From positions 2,784,001-2,848,000 of the forward strand of contig CAWKDB010000010.1 in NCBI GenBank assembly GCA_963848295.1: a DNA stretch of 64,000 bases, read 5' to 3'. The notes beneath the pieces were generated by a model that worked only from the letters and a program-made list of their open reading frames with translations, was not told the DNA's origin and did no database searches. Each line of letters begins with the position of its first letter. Within the stretch, counting starts at the first letter, position 1. The translations under genes were made by a program, and so were the position numbers. Of this stretch, positions 21,545-31,022 are shown one piece after another. This stretch comes from an uncultured delta proteobacterium (GTDB lineage: Bacteria > Myxococcota_A > Polyangia > Haliangiales > Haliangiaceae).

Positions 21545-21653
21545 TGGCGCCGCAGCCGTGCGTCGAGCGCAGCGAGATGCCTGCCGAGCGGGGCCGCGGC
21601 GAGCATGCGAGCCGCTCCGGGGTAGCACCCGCGAGGCAGAGGCGAGGCGGAAG
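21545..21653 (+). repeat. ~110 nt dispersed intergenic repeat (family A), copy between cysD and cysN
   Basis: Colinear blocks CGTCGAGCGCAGCGAG, GCCGAGCGGGGC and CCCGCGAGGC shared with the reverse complement of 43837..43948. Confidence 0.75.
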
Positions 21654-22925
21654 ATGACGGCCGGTACCGACGACGATGCCGAGCTGCTCCGGTTCTCGAC
21701 CGCGGGCTCGGTCGACGACGGCAAGTCGACGCTGATCGGCCGCCTGCTGTACGACACGAAGACCGCGTTCGAGGATCAGCTGCAGCACGTCGCCGACGTG
21801 TCGCGCCGCCGCGGCGACGAGCGCACGAACCTCGCGCTCCTGACCGATGGTCTGCGCGCCGAGCGCGAGCAAGGCATCACGATCGACGTCGCGTATCGCT
21901 ACTTCGCGACGAAGCGGCGCAAGTTCATCATCGCCGACACCCCCGGCCACGTGCAGTACACGCGCAACATGGTGACCGGCGCCTCGACCGCGAGCTTGTC
22001 GATCATCCTGGTCGATGCGCGCCATGGCCTGGTCGAGCAGTCGCGCCGCCACGCGTTCATCGCGTCGCTGCTGCGCATCCCGCACCTCGTGTTCGCGGTC
22101 AACAAGATGGATCTCGTCGGCTGGAGCGAGGACAAGTTCCTCGAGATCGAGCAGCAGTTCCGCGACTTCGCGGCGCGGCTCGACGTGCAAGACATCGCGT
22201 TCATCCCGATCAGCGCGCTCACCGGCGCGAACGTCGTCGATCGCAGCGCCGAGATGCCCTGGTACCACGGCCCGACGCTGCTCTATCACCTCGAGACCGT
22301 GCACATCACGAGTGATCGCAACCTGATCGATGTCCGGTTTCCGGTCCAGTGGGTGATCCGGCCGCAGTCGGACGAGTTCCCCGACTATCGCGGCTACGCC
22401 GGTCAGGTCGCCGGTGGCGTGCTGCGCACCGGCGACGAGGTGGTCGCGTTGCCGAGCGGGCTGGCGACGACGATCACGAAGCTCGAGCACAGCGGCGTTG
22501 TGGTCGACACCGCGTACGCGCCGATGAGCGTGACCGTGCACCTCGCCGATGACCTCGACATCGGCCGCGGAGATCTATTGTGCCGGCCGAACAATCAACC
22601 GACCGTCGCGCAGGACCTCGACGCGATGATCTGCTGGATGACCGACAAGCCGCTCGAGCCGAAGGGTCGCTACGCGTTGAAGCACACGACGCGGTGGTCG
22701 CGCGCGATCGTCACCGACGTCTTGTATCGGCTCGACGTCAACACCGGCCACCGCGACGAGAGTGCCGACAAGCTCGGGCTCAACGACCTCGGCCGGATCC
22801 GGCTACGCACGACCTCGCCGATCATCTACGACGCGTACAAGCGCAATCGCACGACCGGCTCGTTCATCCTGGTCGACGAGACGACGAACGCGACGGTCGG
22901 CGCCGGCATGCTGCTCGCGGATTAG
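21654..22925 (+). CDS. cysN: Sulfate adenylyltransferase subunit 1 (GTPase)
   Basis: GSVDDGKSTLIGRLL, EREQGITIDVAYRYF, DTPGH, NKMD, TVGAGM. Confidence 0.97.
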   Translation: MTAGTDDDAELLRFSTAGSVDDGKSTLIGRLLYDTKTAFEDQLQHVADVSRRRGDERTNLALLTDGLRAEREQGITIDVAYRYFATKRRKFIIADTPGHVQYTRNMVTGASTASLSIILVDARHGLVEQSRRHAFIASLLRIPHLVFAVNKMDLVGWSEDKFLEIEQQFRDFAARLDVQDIAFIPISALTGANVVDRSAEMPWYHGPTLLYHLETVHITSDRNLIDVRFPVQWVIRPQSDEFPDYRGYAGQVAGGVLRTGDEVVALPSGLATTITKLEHSGVVVDTAYAPMSVTVHLADDLDIGRGDLLCRPNNQPTVAQDLDAMICWMTDKPLEPKGRYALKHTTRWSRAIVTDVLYRLDVNTGHRDESADKLGLNDLGRIRLRTTSPIIYDAYKRNRTTGSFILVDETTNATVGAGMLLAD

Positions 22926-22950
22926 TTAGTCTGTACCGTGGCCGCGCGGA

Positions 22951-24063
22951 TCAGGGATGCGGGCCGGCTTTCACGCGCTCGAGCGCGAGCGCGTAGCTCC
23001 CGAAGTAAGCGATCGCCGACCCGTAGAGCCGACTGTCTTCACGTTTGACGTCCGACGATCGTATCGACAGACCAGCCCACTCGCGCTCGCGCAGAGCCGC
23101 GATGATGGACTCGGGCGTCCAGCTCCGATTGTGTTCGGCCAGGTCGACGCCAGCCGCCTCCGCGGCGAGTCGCCATTCGCCGAAGTGAACGGCCCCCGAA
23201 TACCAGAGGTGATGGTCGTCCCTGCTCACGGCGCCCTGGTTCGTGGCCTTGCCCTCGCGTTCGCGCCGACGAATCGCCGCGATCACCTCCTCGCGCGACA
23301 TCGCCGGCGACCGCGCGCGCTCGGGCCAATCGACGAGTCGCGCTCGCTCGAGCGCCTGCTCGAAGCCGCCGAAGAATCGGTACACGGCCGGCGTGAAGCC
23401 ACACGCGTAGAGCTCGCCCATCGTCATCTGTGGTCGCTGCTTCGACAGGGCACGCAACTCTGCGAGTACCGTCTGCTCGGTGTATGCCTCTCGCGCGAGA
23501 CGAACGTCGTCGTACGCGACGCCGGCAGCTTCGACCGCAGCTTTCCAGCTTCCGAAGTAGCGCTTGCCGGCCTTGAGCAGCGGGTTCGGGACCTTCGAAG
23601 CCGCGATCGACTCGCCGTTGCGTTGCAGCTCCTCGATCTCGAGGATCACGCGTTGCTCGTCCCAGCGTTGCCGCTTGCCGCCGCCGATCGGCGCGGGCTC
23701 GGGAACACGCGCCGCGCGGCGCGCGAGCACGATGCTTCCGAAGTACTTCTGGACCGCACCGAGCACATCGCCGTGGTCGTCCTTCATCCCGAGCTCGGTG
23801 ATCCGGACGCCATCGGCATGCAGGCGCCGAAGCGCGGCCACGACCTCCTCCTTCGACCATCGTCGCGACAGATCGGGTGCCCGAACGCGTGCCGCCTCGC
23901 GCGCAGCTTCGAGTGACCCGAACTCGCTCCGCAAGGCGAACCACAACGAGTACGGAAGATCCGTCGCGCCGACCGGCGTCTGCGAACCGGCGTCGAGACG
24001 ACGTAGCTCCTCGACGAGCTTCGAACGAGAGCTCTGGTCGGGGGCCACCGCCATCGCAAACAT
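22951..24063 (-). CDS. Protein made of six tandem helical repeats resembling the homing-endonuclease-associated repeat; putative DNA-binding protein
   Basis: Six ~60 aa units (W/Y/M)xxExxxxx(L/I)R...(Y/H/F)FG(S/G/E)xxxAxxxA; no catalytic domain recognised. Confidence 0.65.
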   Translation of the reverse strand: MFAMAVAPDQSSRSKLVEELRRLDAGSQTPVGATDLPYSLWFALRSEFGSLEAAREAARVRAPDLSRRWSKEEVVAALRRLHADGVRITELGMKDDHGDVLGAVQKYFGSIVLARRAARVPEPAPIGGGKRQRWDEQRVILEIEELQRNGESIAASKVPNPLLKAGKRYFGSWKAAVEAAGVAYDDVRLAREAYTEQTVLAELRALSKQRPQMTMGELYACGFTPAVYRFFGGFEQALERARLVDWPERARSPAMSREEVIAAIRRREREGKATNQGAVSRDDHHLWYSGAVHFGEWRLAAEAAGVDLAEHNRSWTPESIIAALREREWAGLSIRSSDVKREDSRLYGSAIAYFGSYALALERVKAGPHP

Positions 24064-24086
24064 CCTCGCACGAGTCGGAGCTACAT

Positions 24087-25121
24087 TCAGGCCAGCGAAT
24101 CGCGGTAGTAGTCGTCGTCGACGTCCCCATGCCGTTCCAGGAAGCTGCGGATGACCTCGCTGTAGCGCAGGCGAGCGCCCGACACGCGAAGCTGGAGCTC
24201 GATCGATGGTCGTGGATTGGTCCAGATCGGCTCGTACTTCGTATCTCCCCACAGCGCGAGCACGGTTCCGATGTCGGCGAGGTCGAGCGCGAACAGCCAT
24301 GGCGTCGTCGGGGTCTGATGGAATCCGAGTGCGAGCAAGCGAATCGCCCAGTCGGCCATCTCGCTGCGAATCCGAGGGAAGAGCTCCCTCCCGAAAGGGT
24401 CGCGATCAGGCGGCCATCCCGCCAACCGCGCCTCCGCGATTCGATCGTCGAGCAACCGCCATTCGTCGAAATGTGATCGAAGCTGCTCGACCCTGGGTTG
24501 GTGTGCCTGCTCCTCTCGGATCAGATCGCGGCAGTGCGGGCACTTCTCCGACCGCGTCACGACCGCCTCATCGCTGGAGAGCTCGCTCCACAGGGTTCTC
24601 ACGGTCGCCCAGCTCGGCCGCACGATGAAGACCGGCACGTCGGCGCTCGCGTAGCGCTGTGCCGTCTCGGTGTCGAGCTCGTGGTGCACGACGATCTCGA
24701 TAGCGATCGGCCGCTGACCGTCGAACACCAGGTCGCCACGCGTTCCGTGGACGGCGCTCGATTCGATCGACACGCGCGACAAGAAGCTCGTGCAGTCCAC
24801 TTCTCGAGCGCGCCGGCAGTGGGGGCACGTCCAGCGCAGCACGTAGGATCGGCCGGCGGCGAGCGCAGCCTCGAAGCCTTCTCGGATCAGGATCTTGCTC
24901 AGCCGATGCAGCGCGGTTTCGGCGGAGCACCGCGCTTCGACATCCGTGCAGTGGGCGAAGTGCCAACGATTCTTGCGCCCCTGCTTGGCGACGAGCGGGC
25001 GGTCGCATCCGAAACACGCGACCGGCGTGCCCTTCGTATAGTCCTCGATGCTGATCGCACCCGCCGAACCGCGGCCGAACGGGTATCGAATCGCTCGTGT
25101 GTTCGAGTTGCTCCGCGACAC
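24087..25121 (-). CDS. CoiA-family protein (N-terminal Zn finger, PD-(D/E)xK-like core)
   Basis: CFGC...HFAH...C.AETALH N-terminus; CPHC pairs; GDLVF...IAIEIVVHH. Confidence 0.65.
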   Translation of the reverse strand: MSRSNSNTRAIRYPFGRGSAGAISIEDYTKGTPVACFGCDRPLVAKQGRKNRWHFAHCTDVEARCSAETALHRLSKILIREGFEAALAAGRSYVLRWTCPHCRRAREVDCTSFLSRVSIESSAVHGTRGDLVFDGQRPIAIEIVVHHELDTETAQRYASADVPVFIVRPSWATVRTLWSELSSDEAVVTRSEKCPHCRDLIREEQAHQPRVEQLRSHFDEWRLLDDRIAEARLAGWPPDRDPFGRELFPRIRSEMADWAIRLLALGFHQTPTTPWLFALDLADIGTVLALWGDTKYEPIWTNPRPSIELQLRVSGARLRYSEVIRSFLERHGDVDDDYYRDSLA

Positions 25122-25313
25122 ATCGACCTCGCCTCTATCAACCTCGCGAGCCTTATCCTAGCGGACGTGTGTGACGACGTTCGCGTCGGCATTCGCGTCG
25201 GAGCGTGCTGTCCAATAGGCTAAGCTCCCGATCGAACGATCCGGTAGACTCGCGACGTGGTGGCACGTCTCTATCGAGCTCTGCGCAAGGACGAAGATGC
25301 TTAACGTGCGGCG

Positions 25314-26279
25314 ATGAACGTTGTCGTGACAGGCGCCGCGGGGTTCATCGGCTCGCACACGTGCGAACGGCTCGTCGCGCGCGGTCATGACGTGGTCGGG
25401 ATCGACAGCTTCGACTCGTACCTGTATCCGGCCGACGTGAAGCGGCGCAACGCGGAGGTGCTCGCGAGGCTGCCGCGGTTTCGGCTCGTCGAGGCCGACA
25501 TCTGCGACCGCGCGGCGATCGCGGCGGCGATCGATGGGGGCGTCGAGGTGGTCTGTCATCTCGCGGCGCTCGCCGGCGTGCGGCCGTCGCTCGCCGAGCC
25601 GCTGCGCTACCTGCGGACGAACATCGAGGGCACCGGCGTGATCATCGAGCGGATGCGCGCGCTCGGCTTGCAGCGGCTCGTGTTCGCATCGTCGAGCTCG
25701 GTGTATGGCGCGAAGCCCGGGAGCGACGTCGCGGCGTTTCGCGAGGATGATCCGTGCCTGACGCCGGCGTCGCCCTACGCGGCGACGAAGCGGATGAACG
25801 AGCTGCAGCTGTCGGCGTACCGCGATCTGTTCGGGCTCGGCGTGTTCGCGCTGCGGTTCTTCACGGTCTACGGGCCGCGGCAACGGCCGGACATGGCGAT
25901 CGCGAGGTTCACCGCGGCGATCGCGCGCGGTGAGCCGATCACGCTGTTCGGTGATGGCAGCTCGCGGCGCGACTACACGTTCATCGACGACATCGTGACC
26001 GGCACGGTCGCGGCGATCGAGCGGATCGAGCCCGGGCGGTACGAGCTGTACAACCTCGGTGGCACGCGGACGATCTCGTTGCGCGAGCTGGTCGACACGA
26101 TCGAGCGCGTCGTCGGCAAGCGCGCGACGATCGATTGGCAACCGAACCAGCCCGGCGACGTGCCGATCACGTACGCGAACATCGATCGGGCTCGCGCGGC
26201 GCTCGGTTACGAACCGACGACGACCCCCGACATCGGGATCGAGCGCTACTGGGACTGGCTCGGGCGGCCGACGCCGTAG
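25314..26279 (+). CDS. NAD-dependent nucleotide-sugar epimerase (UDP-glucuronate 4-epimerase-like)
   Basis: VTGAAGFIGS, HLAALAGVRPS, YAATK, LRFFTVYGPRQRPDMA, QPGDV. Confidence 0.92.
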   Translation: MNVVVTGAAGFIGSHTCERLVARGHDVVGIDSFDSYLYPADVKRRNAEVLARLPRFRLVEADICDRAAIAAAIDGGVEVVCHLAALAGVRPSLAEPLRYLRTNIEGTGVIIERMRALGLQRLVFASSSSVYGAKPGSDVAAFREDDPCLTPASPYAATKRMNELQLSAYRDLFGLGVFALRFFTVYGPRQRPDMAIARFTAAIARGEPITLFGDGSSRRDYTFIDDIVTGTVAAIERIEPGRYELYNLGGTRTISLRELVDTIERVVGKRATIDWQPNQPGDVPITYANIDRARAALGYEPTTTPDIGIERYWDWLGRPTP

Positions 26280-27559
26280 TAGGCGAAGCCGGCGGCGCGC
26301 ACCTCGGGTGGCGCCCAGACGTTGCGCCCGTCGAACAACGCACGGGTTCGCATGATCGAGGCGAGCCTCGAGAGGTCGGGGTGACGCAACTCGTGCCACT
26401 CGGTGACGAGCACGAGCGCGTCGGCGCGTTCGGCGGCCGCGTAGGGGTCGCGCGAGAGCTCGATGACGTCGCCCAGCTGGGCCCGGATGTTCGGCATCGC
26501 GGCCGGGTCGTAGCCGGCGAGCTCGGCGCCCGCGGCGCGCAGCTGCTCGATCAGCGTCAAGGCCGGCGACTCGCGGATGTCATCGGTCTCGGGCTTGAAC
26601 GCCAGGCCCCAGAGCGCGACGCGCTTGCCGACGAGCGAGCCACCGAAGTGAGCGATGACGCGGTCCCCGAGGATGCGCTTCTGGCGCTCGTTCGCGCGCT
26701 CGACGGCCGAGACGACCGAGAGCTCGACGCCGGTCTCGACGCCGGTGTGGATCAATGCGCGCAGGTCCTTGGGGAAGCACGAGCCGCCGAAGCCCGCGCC
26801 TGCGAACAGGAACTTCGCGCCGATGCGTGGGTCCGAGCCGATGCCCTTGCGCACCGCTTCGATGTCGGCGCCGACGACCTCGGCGAGGCGTGCGAGCTCG
26901 TTCATGAACGAGATCCGGGTCGCGAGCATCGCGTTGGCAGCGTATTTCGTCAGCTCGGCCGAGCGGATGTCCATGACCTGGAGCCGATCGCCGGTGCGCA
27001 TCACGCCGCGATAGAGCTCGCGCAGGACGTCGAGCGCGCGCGGATTGTCGACACCGACGATCACGCGGGACGGCTTGAGGAAGTCGTTGACGGCATCGCC
27101 TTCCTTGAGGAACTCGGGATTCGACGCGACCGCGAATTCGTGGCGCGCGGTCGAGGCGACCGCCTCGCGCACCTTGTCGGCGGTTCCGACGGGGACCGTG
27201 CTCTTGGTGACGACCACCGTATAGCCGTCGAGCGCGCGGCCGATCTCGCGCGCCGCTTCGAGCACGTATTGCAGATCGGCGCTCCCGTCGGACCGCGACG
27301 GCGTGCCGACGGCGATGATCGCGACTTTGGCGCCGCGCACGGCTTCGGCGGTCGAGGTCGAGAACTTCAGATGGCCGAGCTTGGCGTTGCGCTGCACGAG
27401 CTCGGGCAGTCCGGGCTCGTAGATCGGGATCTCGCCGCGCCTCAGGGCGTCGACGCGATCGCGATCGATGTCGACGCACGTCACGTCGTTGCCGAACTCG
27501 GAGAACCCCGCGCCGCTGACGAGGCCGACGTAGCCAGTGCCGACAACCGCGATCTTCAT
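26246..27559 (-). CDS. ugd: UDP-glucose 6-dehydrogenase
   Basis: GTGYVGLV, IYEPGL, NPEFLKEG, GFGGSCFPKD, GLAFKPETDDIRES. Confidence 0.95.
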   Translation of the reverse strand: MKIAVVGTGYVGLVSGAGFSEFGNDVTCVDIDRDRVDALRRGEIPIYEPGLPELVQRNAKLGHLKFSTSTAEAVRGAKVAIIAVGTPSRSDGSADLQYVLEAAREIGRALDGYTVVVTKSTVPVGTADKVREAVASTARHEFAVASNPEFLKEGDAVNDFLKPSRVIVGVDNPRALDVLRELYRGVMRTGDRLQVMDIRSAELTKYAANAMLATRISFMNELARLAEVVGADIEAVRKGIGSDPRIGAKFLFAGAGFGGSCFPKDLRALIHTGVETGVELSVVSAVERANERQKRILGDRVIAHFGGSLVGKRVALWGLAFKPETDDIRESPALTLIEQLRAAGAELAGYDPAAMPNIRAQLGDVIELSRDPYAAAERADALVLVTEWHELRHPDLSRLASIMRTRALFDGRNVWAPPEVRAAGFAYYGVGRPSQSQ

Positions 27560-27577
27560 GGCGCGACGTTACGCGAT

Positions 27578-27713
27578 CTGGGGACGGTGTTCACTTTGAC
27601 AACCGCGCGCGCGCGCGGTTGTCAAAGTGAACACCGTCCCCAGGTAAGTCCGCGTGATCGCAAGAAGGCGTCGCAGCGCGCGGTTGTCAAAGTGAACACC
27701 GTCCCCAGGTAAG
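27578..27713. repeat. REP-like cluster (family B): perfect 66-bp palindrome plus a third arm copy
   Basis: 27578..27610 is the exact reverse complement of 27611..27643; the right arm recurs as a direct repeat at 27676..27713. Confidence 0.9.
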
Positions 27714-28220
27714 GAGGCGTTGTAACGATTCGGCTGGGGACTCGAGGTCGGTGCGCAGCTCGAGGTCGGGGGCGGGCGGCGGCTCGTAGGGATCGGAGAT
27801 GCCGGTGAAGCTCGGGAGGTCGCCCGCCCGCGCTCGCGCGTAGAGGCCTTTGACGTCGCGCGCCTCGACGGTGGCGAGCGGCGCATTGACGTAGATCTCG
27901 TAGAACGGGTGGCCGGCTGCGCGGCTGAGGTCGCGCAGCTCCCGGCGGGTCGCGGCGTAGGGCGAGATCGAGGAGACGATGACCAGCACGCCGTGGCGCG
28001 CGAGCAAGCGGGCGACGAAGCCGATGCGGCGGACGTTGGTGTCGCGGTCTTCGCGCGAGAAGCCGAGGCCGGCGGACAGGAAGGTGCGGACGTCATCGCC
28101 GTCGAGGAGCTCGACCGCGCGCGTCGGGGCGAGCGCGGCCGCGAGCGCGGCGGCGAGGGTGGACTTGCCGGCACCGGAGAGGCCGGTCAGCCACACGATT
28201 CCGCCGGTGGCCGTGGCCAC
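27687..28220 (-). CDS. cysC: Adenylyl-sulfate kinase
   Basis: [53 protein letters not shown]. Confidence 0.95.
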   Translation of the reverse strand: MATATGGIVWLTGLSGAGKSTLAAALAAALAPTRAVELLDGDDVRTFLSAGLGFSREDRDTNVRRIGFVARLLARHGVLVIVSSISPYAATRRELRDLSRAAGHPFYEIYVNAPLATVEARDVKGLYARARAGDLPSFTGISDPYEPPPAPDLELRTDLESPAESLQRLLTWGRCSL

Positions 28221-28222
28221 GA

Positions 28223-29602
28223 TCAGTCCGGAACGAGCTGGAGGCCGATTTGGAAGTTCGCCTCGGTCGCGTCGCCGTCTTTGTCGTGCGGGATCGGAAA
28301 CCGCCAGCTGCCCATCAAGCCGGTGATGCAATCGTCGACCTCGCCCGCGAACCCGTGCGCCGCACCCTTGGTCGTGCGACCGGTCTCGTTGATCGTCAGC
28401 GCGAGCATGACCTTGCCGCGCGCGCTCGCGTCCTTCTTCAAGTACTCCTTGTAGCAGCGCTTGAGTCCGGCCATGTACGCGGTCTGGATCTTCGCGAGCA
28501 CCGCGTCGGGCGTCAACGTCGTCTCGTCGAGCGCGTTCTTCTCTTGCACCGTGATGCGGCCGGTCGGCGCGTGCTCGACCTTCGGGCCGCCTGCGACGTC
28601 GATGCCGCCGCTGTTGATGTTCGGGCCGGTACCGGTGCCGACGCGAGGATCGCCATTGCCTCGGGACCCGCGCCCCGAGCCACCGCCGACCGCGACTTGC
28701 TTGCCGGTCTCTCTGACGTCGGCGATCTGCTGGCTGAGGTCAGCCCCGGGACGGCGCTTGCTCATGTCGCCTTCGCTCGTGCCGTTCGAGCCTTCGCCGG
28801 TGAGCAAGTCGGCCATCGCCTTGGCTTGATCTTCCTGCATCGCGACGTTCTGCTTCTGATCGCGACCGCTGTCCTCGGCCTTGGGCTGCGTCGGGGCCGT
28901 GGGCTTCACGACCTTCGTCTCCGCCGCCTTCTTGTCGCCGGTGTCGGCCGGGGTCGCGACCGCGGGTTGCGCCGGCGGTTGCTGGTACGTCGGTTGATTG
29001 AAGGTGACGTCGTACGCGGTCTCGATCGTGCCGGTGCCCCTTTCGGGGTCGATCGACCAGGCGACGATCACGATCGCGAAGTGGATGATGATCGACGCGC
29101 CGAGGATCACCGACAGTCGCGGATCGAACCGATCGGCGAGCGTGCCGCGGACCGACGCGGGCAGCATCGGCTTGGGCTGGCGCGGCGGCTCGGTCACGAA
29201 CTGGAACAGCACCGTGAGGTCGCCGAGCGACAGCTTGCCGCGCGAGCTATCGCCGAGCGGAATCTGCCAGTAGCCGCCCATCTGCTGCGCGCCGCGGCCC
29301 TTGAGCACGTCGAGCGTGTTGACGTTGCCGCCATCGGATAGGCGGCCGTCCATGTTGTTGAGGAACCGCAGGTAGTACTTGCCCTGATCAAGCGCGAACA
29401 GCGTGAACTCGAGCGGCAGGCTCTCGATCGGGATCGAGAACGTGTTCTTCATCGACTGACCGATCGACACGCTCGTGCGCTCGCGGATCAGGCGCTCTTC
29501 GACGATCTTGCCGCCGAGCAACACGCCGATCCGCAGGATGCGTTGCCGATTGCCCGCGGCCGGGTTCGGTGCAGCACTGCCGGGCGGGCGCGGCGTCGCC
29601 AT
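28223..29602 (-). CDS. GltG/PglI-like gliding-machinery protein (FHA-like N-terminus, TM helix, TonB-C-like C-terminus)
   Basis: Single TM helix, low-complexity linker, C-terminal [13 protein letters not shown]...GKV...C...WRFP; last gene of a TPR-TPR-small protein run. Confidence 0.75.
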   Translation of the reverse strand: MATPRPPGSAAPNPAAGNRQRILRIGVLLGGKIVEERLIRERTSVSIGQSMKNTFSIPIESLPLEFTLFALDQGKYYLRFLNNMDGRLSDGGNVNTLDVLKGRGAQQMGGYWQIPLGDSSRGKLSLGDLTVLFQFVTEPPRQPKPMLPASVRGTLADRFDPRLSVILGASIIIHFAIVIVAWSIDPERGTGTIETAYDVTFNQPTYQQPPAQPAVATPADTGDKKAAETKVVKPTAPTQPKAEDSGRDQKQNVAMQEDQAKAMADLLTGEGSNGTSEGDMSKRRPGADLSQQIADVRETGKQVAVGGGSGRGSRGNGDPRVGTGTGPNINSGGIDVAGGPKVEHAPTGRITVQEKNALDETTLTPDAVLAKIQTAYMAGLKRCYKEYLKKDASARGKVMLALTINETGRTTKGAAHGFAGEVDDCITGLMGSWRFPIPHDKDGDATEANFQIGLQLVPD

Positions 29603-29940
29603 TAGAACGGAGCCTTCTTCACGCTTTGAATGATCAGCGGCATGAAGTCCTGCTTGAGGCTCTCCCACTCGTAGCCGATGTCACGCGGGGTCGCGACGTA
29701 CACGACGCTCGGCCGCGGGACCTTGCCGCACACCGCGACGACCGTGTCGATCACCGTGACCGGCTTGCCGTTCTGATACTCGATGTGGAACTTGCCCTGT
29801 TTCTTCTCGCTGCCAACCGTGTCGTCTTCTTGGCAGCCTTCAGGGGCCGCGTGAGCGCGCGGAATCGCGACGCTCGTGGCGAGCACGACCGCGAGCCCGA
29901 GCGACCAGAAGCGCAACAGAGATCGCATGGTGGAGATCAT
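29602..29940 (-). CDS. Small secreted GltF-like protein
   Basis: Signal peptide; V.GKVPRP and C-terminal FMPLIIQSVKKAPF; lies between gltE-like and gltG-like genes. Confidence 0.65.
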   Translation of the reverse strand: MISTMRSLLRFWSLGLAVVLATSVAIPRAHAAPEGCQEDDTVGSEKKQGKFHIEYQNGKPVTVIDTVVAVCGKVPRPSVVYVATPRDIGYEWESLKQDFMPLIIQSVKKAPF

Positions 29941-31022
29941 GATTTACCTGCTGCCTTCGCGCTAGCCTTTGCTCGCTTGGACGCGCGCTTGAGCGCCTTG
30001 TCGACGTCCTTCATCCGCTCGGCGTACAGCTTGATGTCGACGCCCGGCATGTTCTTGTACTGATCCAAGAACCCTTTCGCGGCGTTGAGCCGGGCCATCG
30101 TATCGAGCGAGCCGCCGCCCGATGGGAACGGGTCGGCGTCGAGATAGAGCAACGCGAGGTTGTAGGCCGCCGGCCCGTAGTTCGGGTTGACCGCCAGCGC
30201 GCGCCGGTACGTCGCCTCGGCGGTCGTGATCAGCGTGTTGCGATCGGCCGATCCGACCGGGTAGTCCACCGAGTGGCCGCGATAGGCCGACCCCAACGAC
30301 GTCAACGTGACCGCATCGGCGCGCCCGAGCTGCTTGGTCAGCTTCTCGAACGTCGCCTGCGCCTCGGTGTACTGCTTGTTCTCGAGCTGGTGCTCGCCGA
30401 GGTCGACGAGCGCGCTCGCAAAGTTCGGGTTGATCTTCACCGCGCTCTGAAACGCGAGCACGGCCTGCTCGGGACGATTCGTGTGGTCGTAGACCAGGCC
30501 GTAGACATAGAACACGTTCGCGTTCTCTTTCGCCGGCGGGCGCTTGAACACGTCGTCGAGCACGAGCTCGGCGGTGTCGTACTTCTTCTGGTGGTAGTAC
30601 GCGAACGCGACCATCGCGGCCGCGTCGATGTTCGAGGCATCGATCGTGAGCGCATCGCGGGCCTCGCGCAGCGCGCGATCGGGATCCGGGGTCGGAGCCT
30701 CGAGCGCCTGACGGGCGACCTCGAGCAGGCGATCGACCTGCGCCTTGGCTTGCACCGGATCGGGGTCGGCGTTCGGCAGCGGGACGCTCATCGCCGGATC
30801 GGGCGGCAACGGCGCGACCGGGCCGCCCGCTGCCATCGAGTTGCTGCCGGCCGCACCACCCGCGCTGTCCGGACCGCTCGGCGGCGTCGTGGTGCCGGTC
30901 ATGCCGCCGCCGGCTTCATCGCCGCTGCCGGCCGTCGCGGTCGGCGGGGTCGTCGGGCCGGTCTTCGGACTGCCACCGCACGCGACGAGCGCGGCGAACA
31001 GGAAGGTTGCGAGCGTCTTCAT
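29937..31022 (-). CDS. TPR lipoprotein, GltE/AglT-like
   Basis: Lipobox LVAC, Pro/Gly-rich linker, TPR repeats, AAYNLALLYLD. Confidence 0.75.
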   Translation of the reverse strand: MKTLATFLFAALVACGGSPKTGPTTPPTATAGSGDEAGGGMTGTTTPPSGPDSAGGAAGSNSMAAGGPVAPLPPDPAMSVPLPNADPDPVQAKAQVDRLLEVARQALEAPTPDPDRALREARDALTIDASNIDAAAMVAFAYYHQKKYDTAELVLDDVFKRPPAKENANVFYVYGLVYDHTNRPEQAVLAFQSAVKINPNFASALVDLGEHQLENKQYTEAQATFEKLTKQLGRADAVTLTSLGSAYRGHSVDYPVGSADRNTLITTAEATYRRALAVNPNYGPAAYNLALLYLDADPFPSGGGSLDTMARLNAAKGFLDQYKNMPGVDIKLYAERMKDVDKALKRASKRAKASAKAAGKS

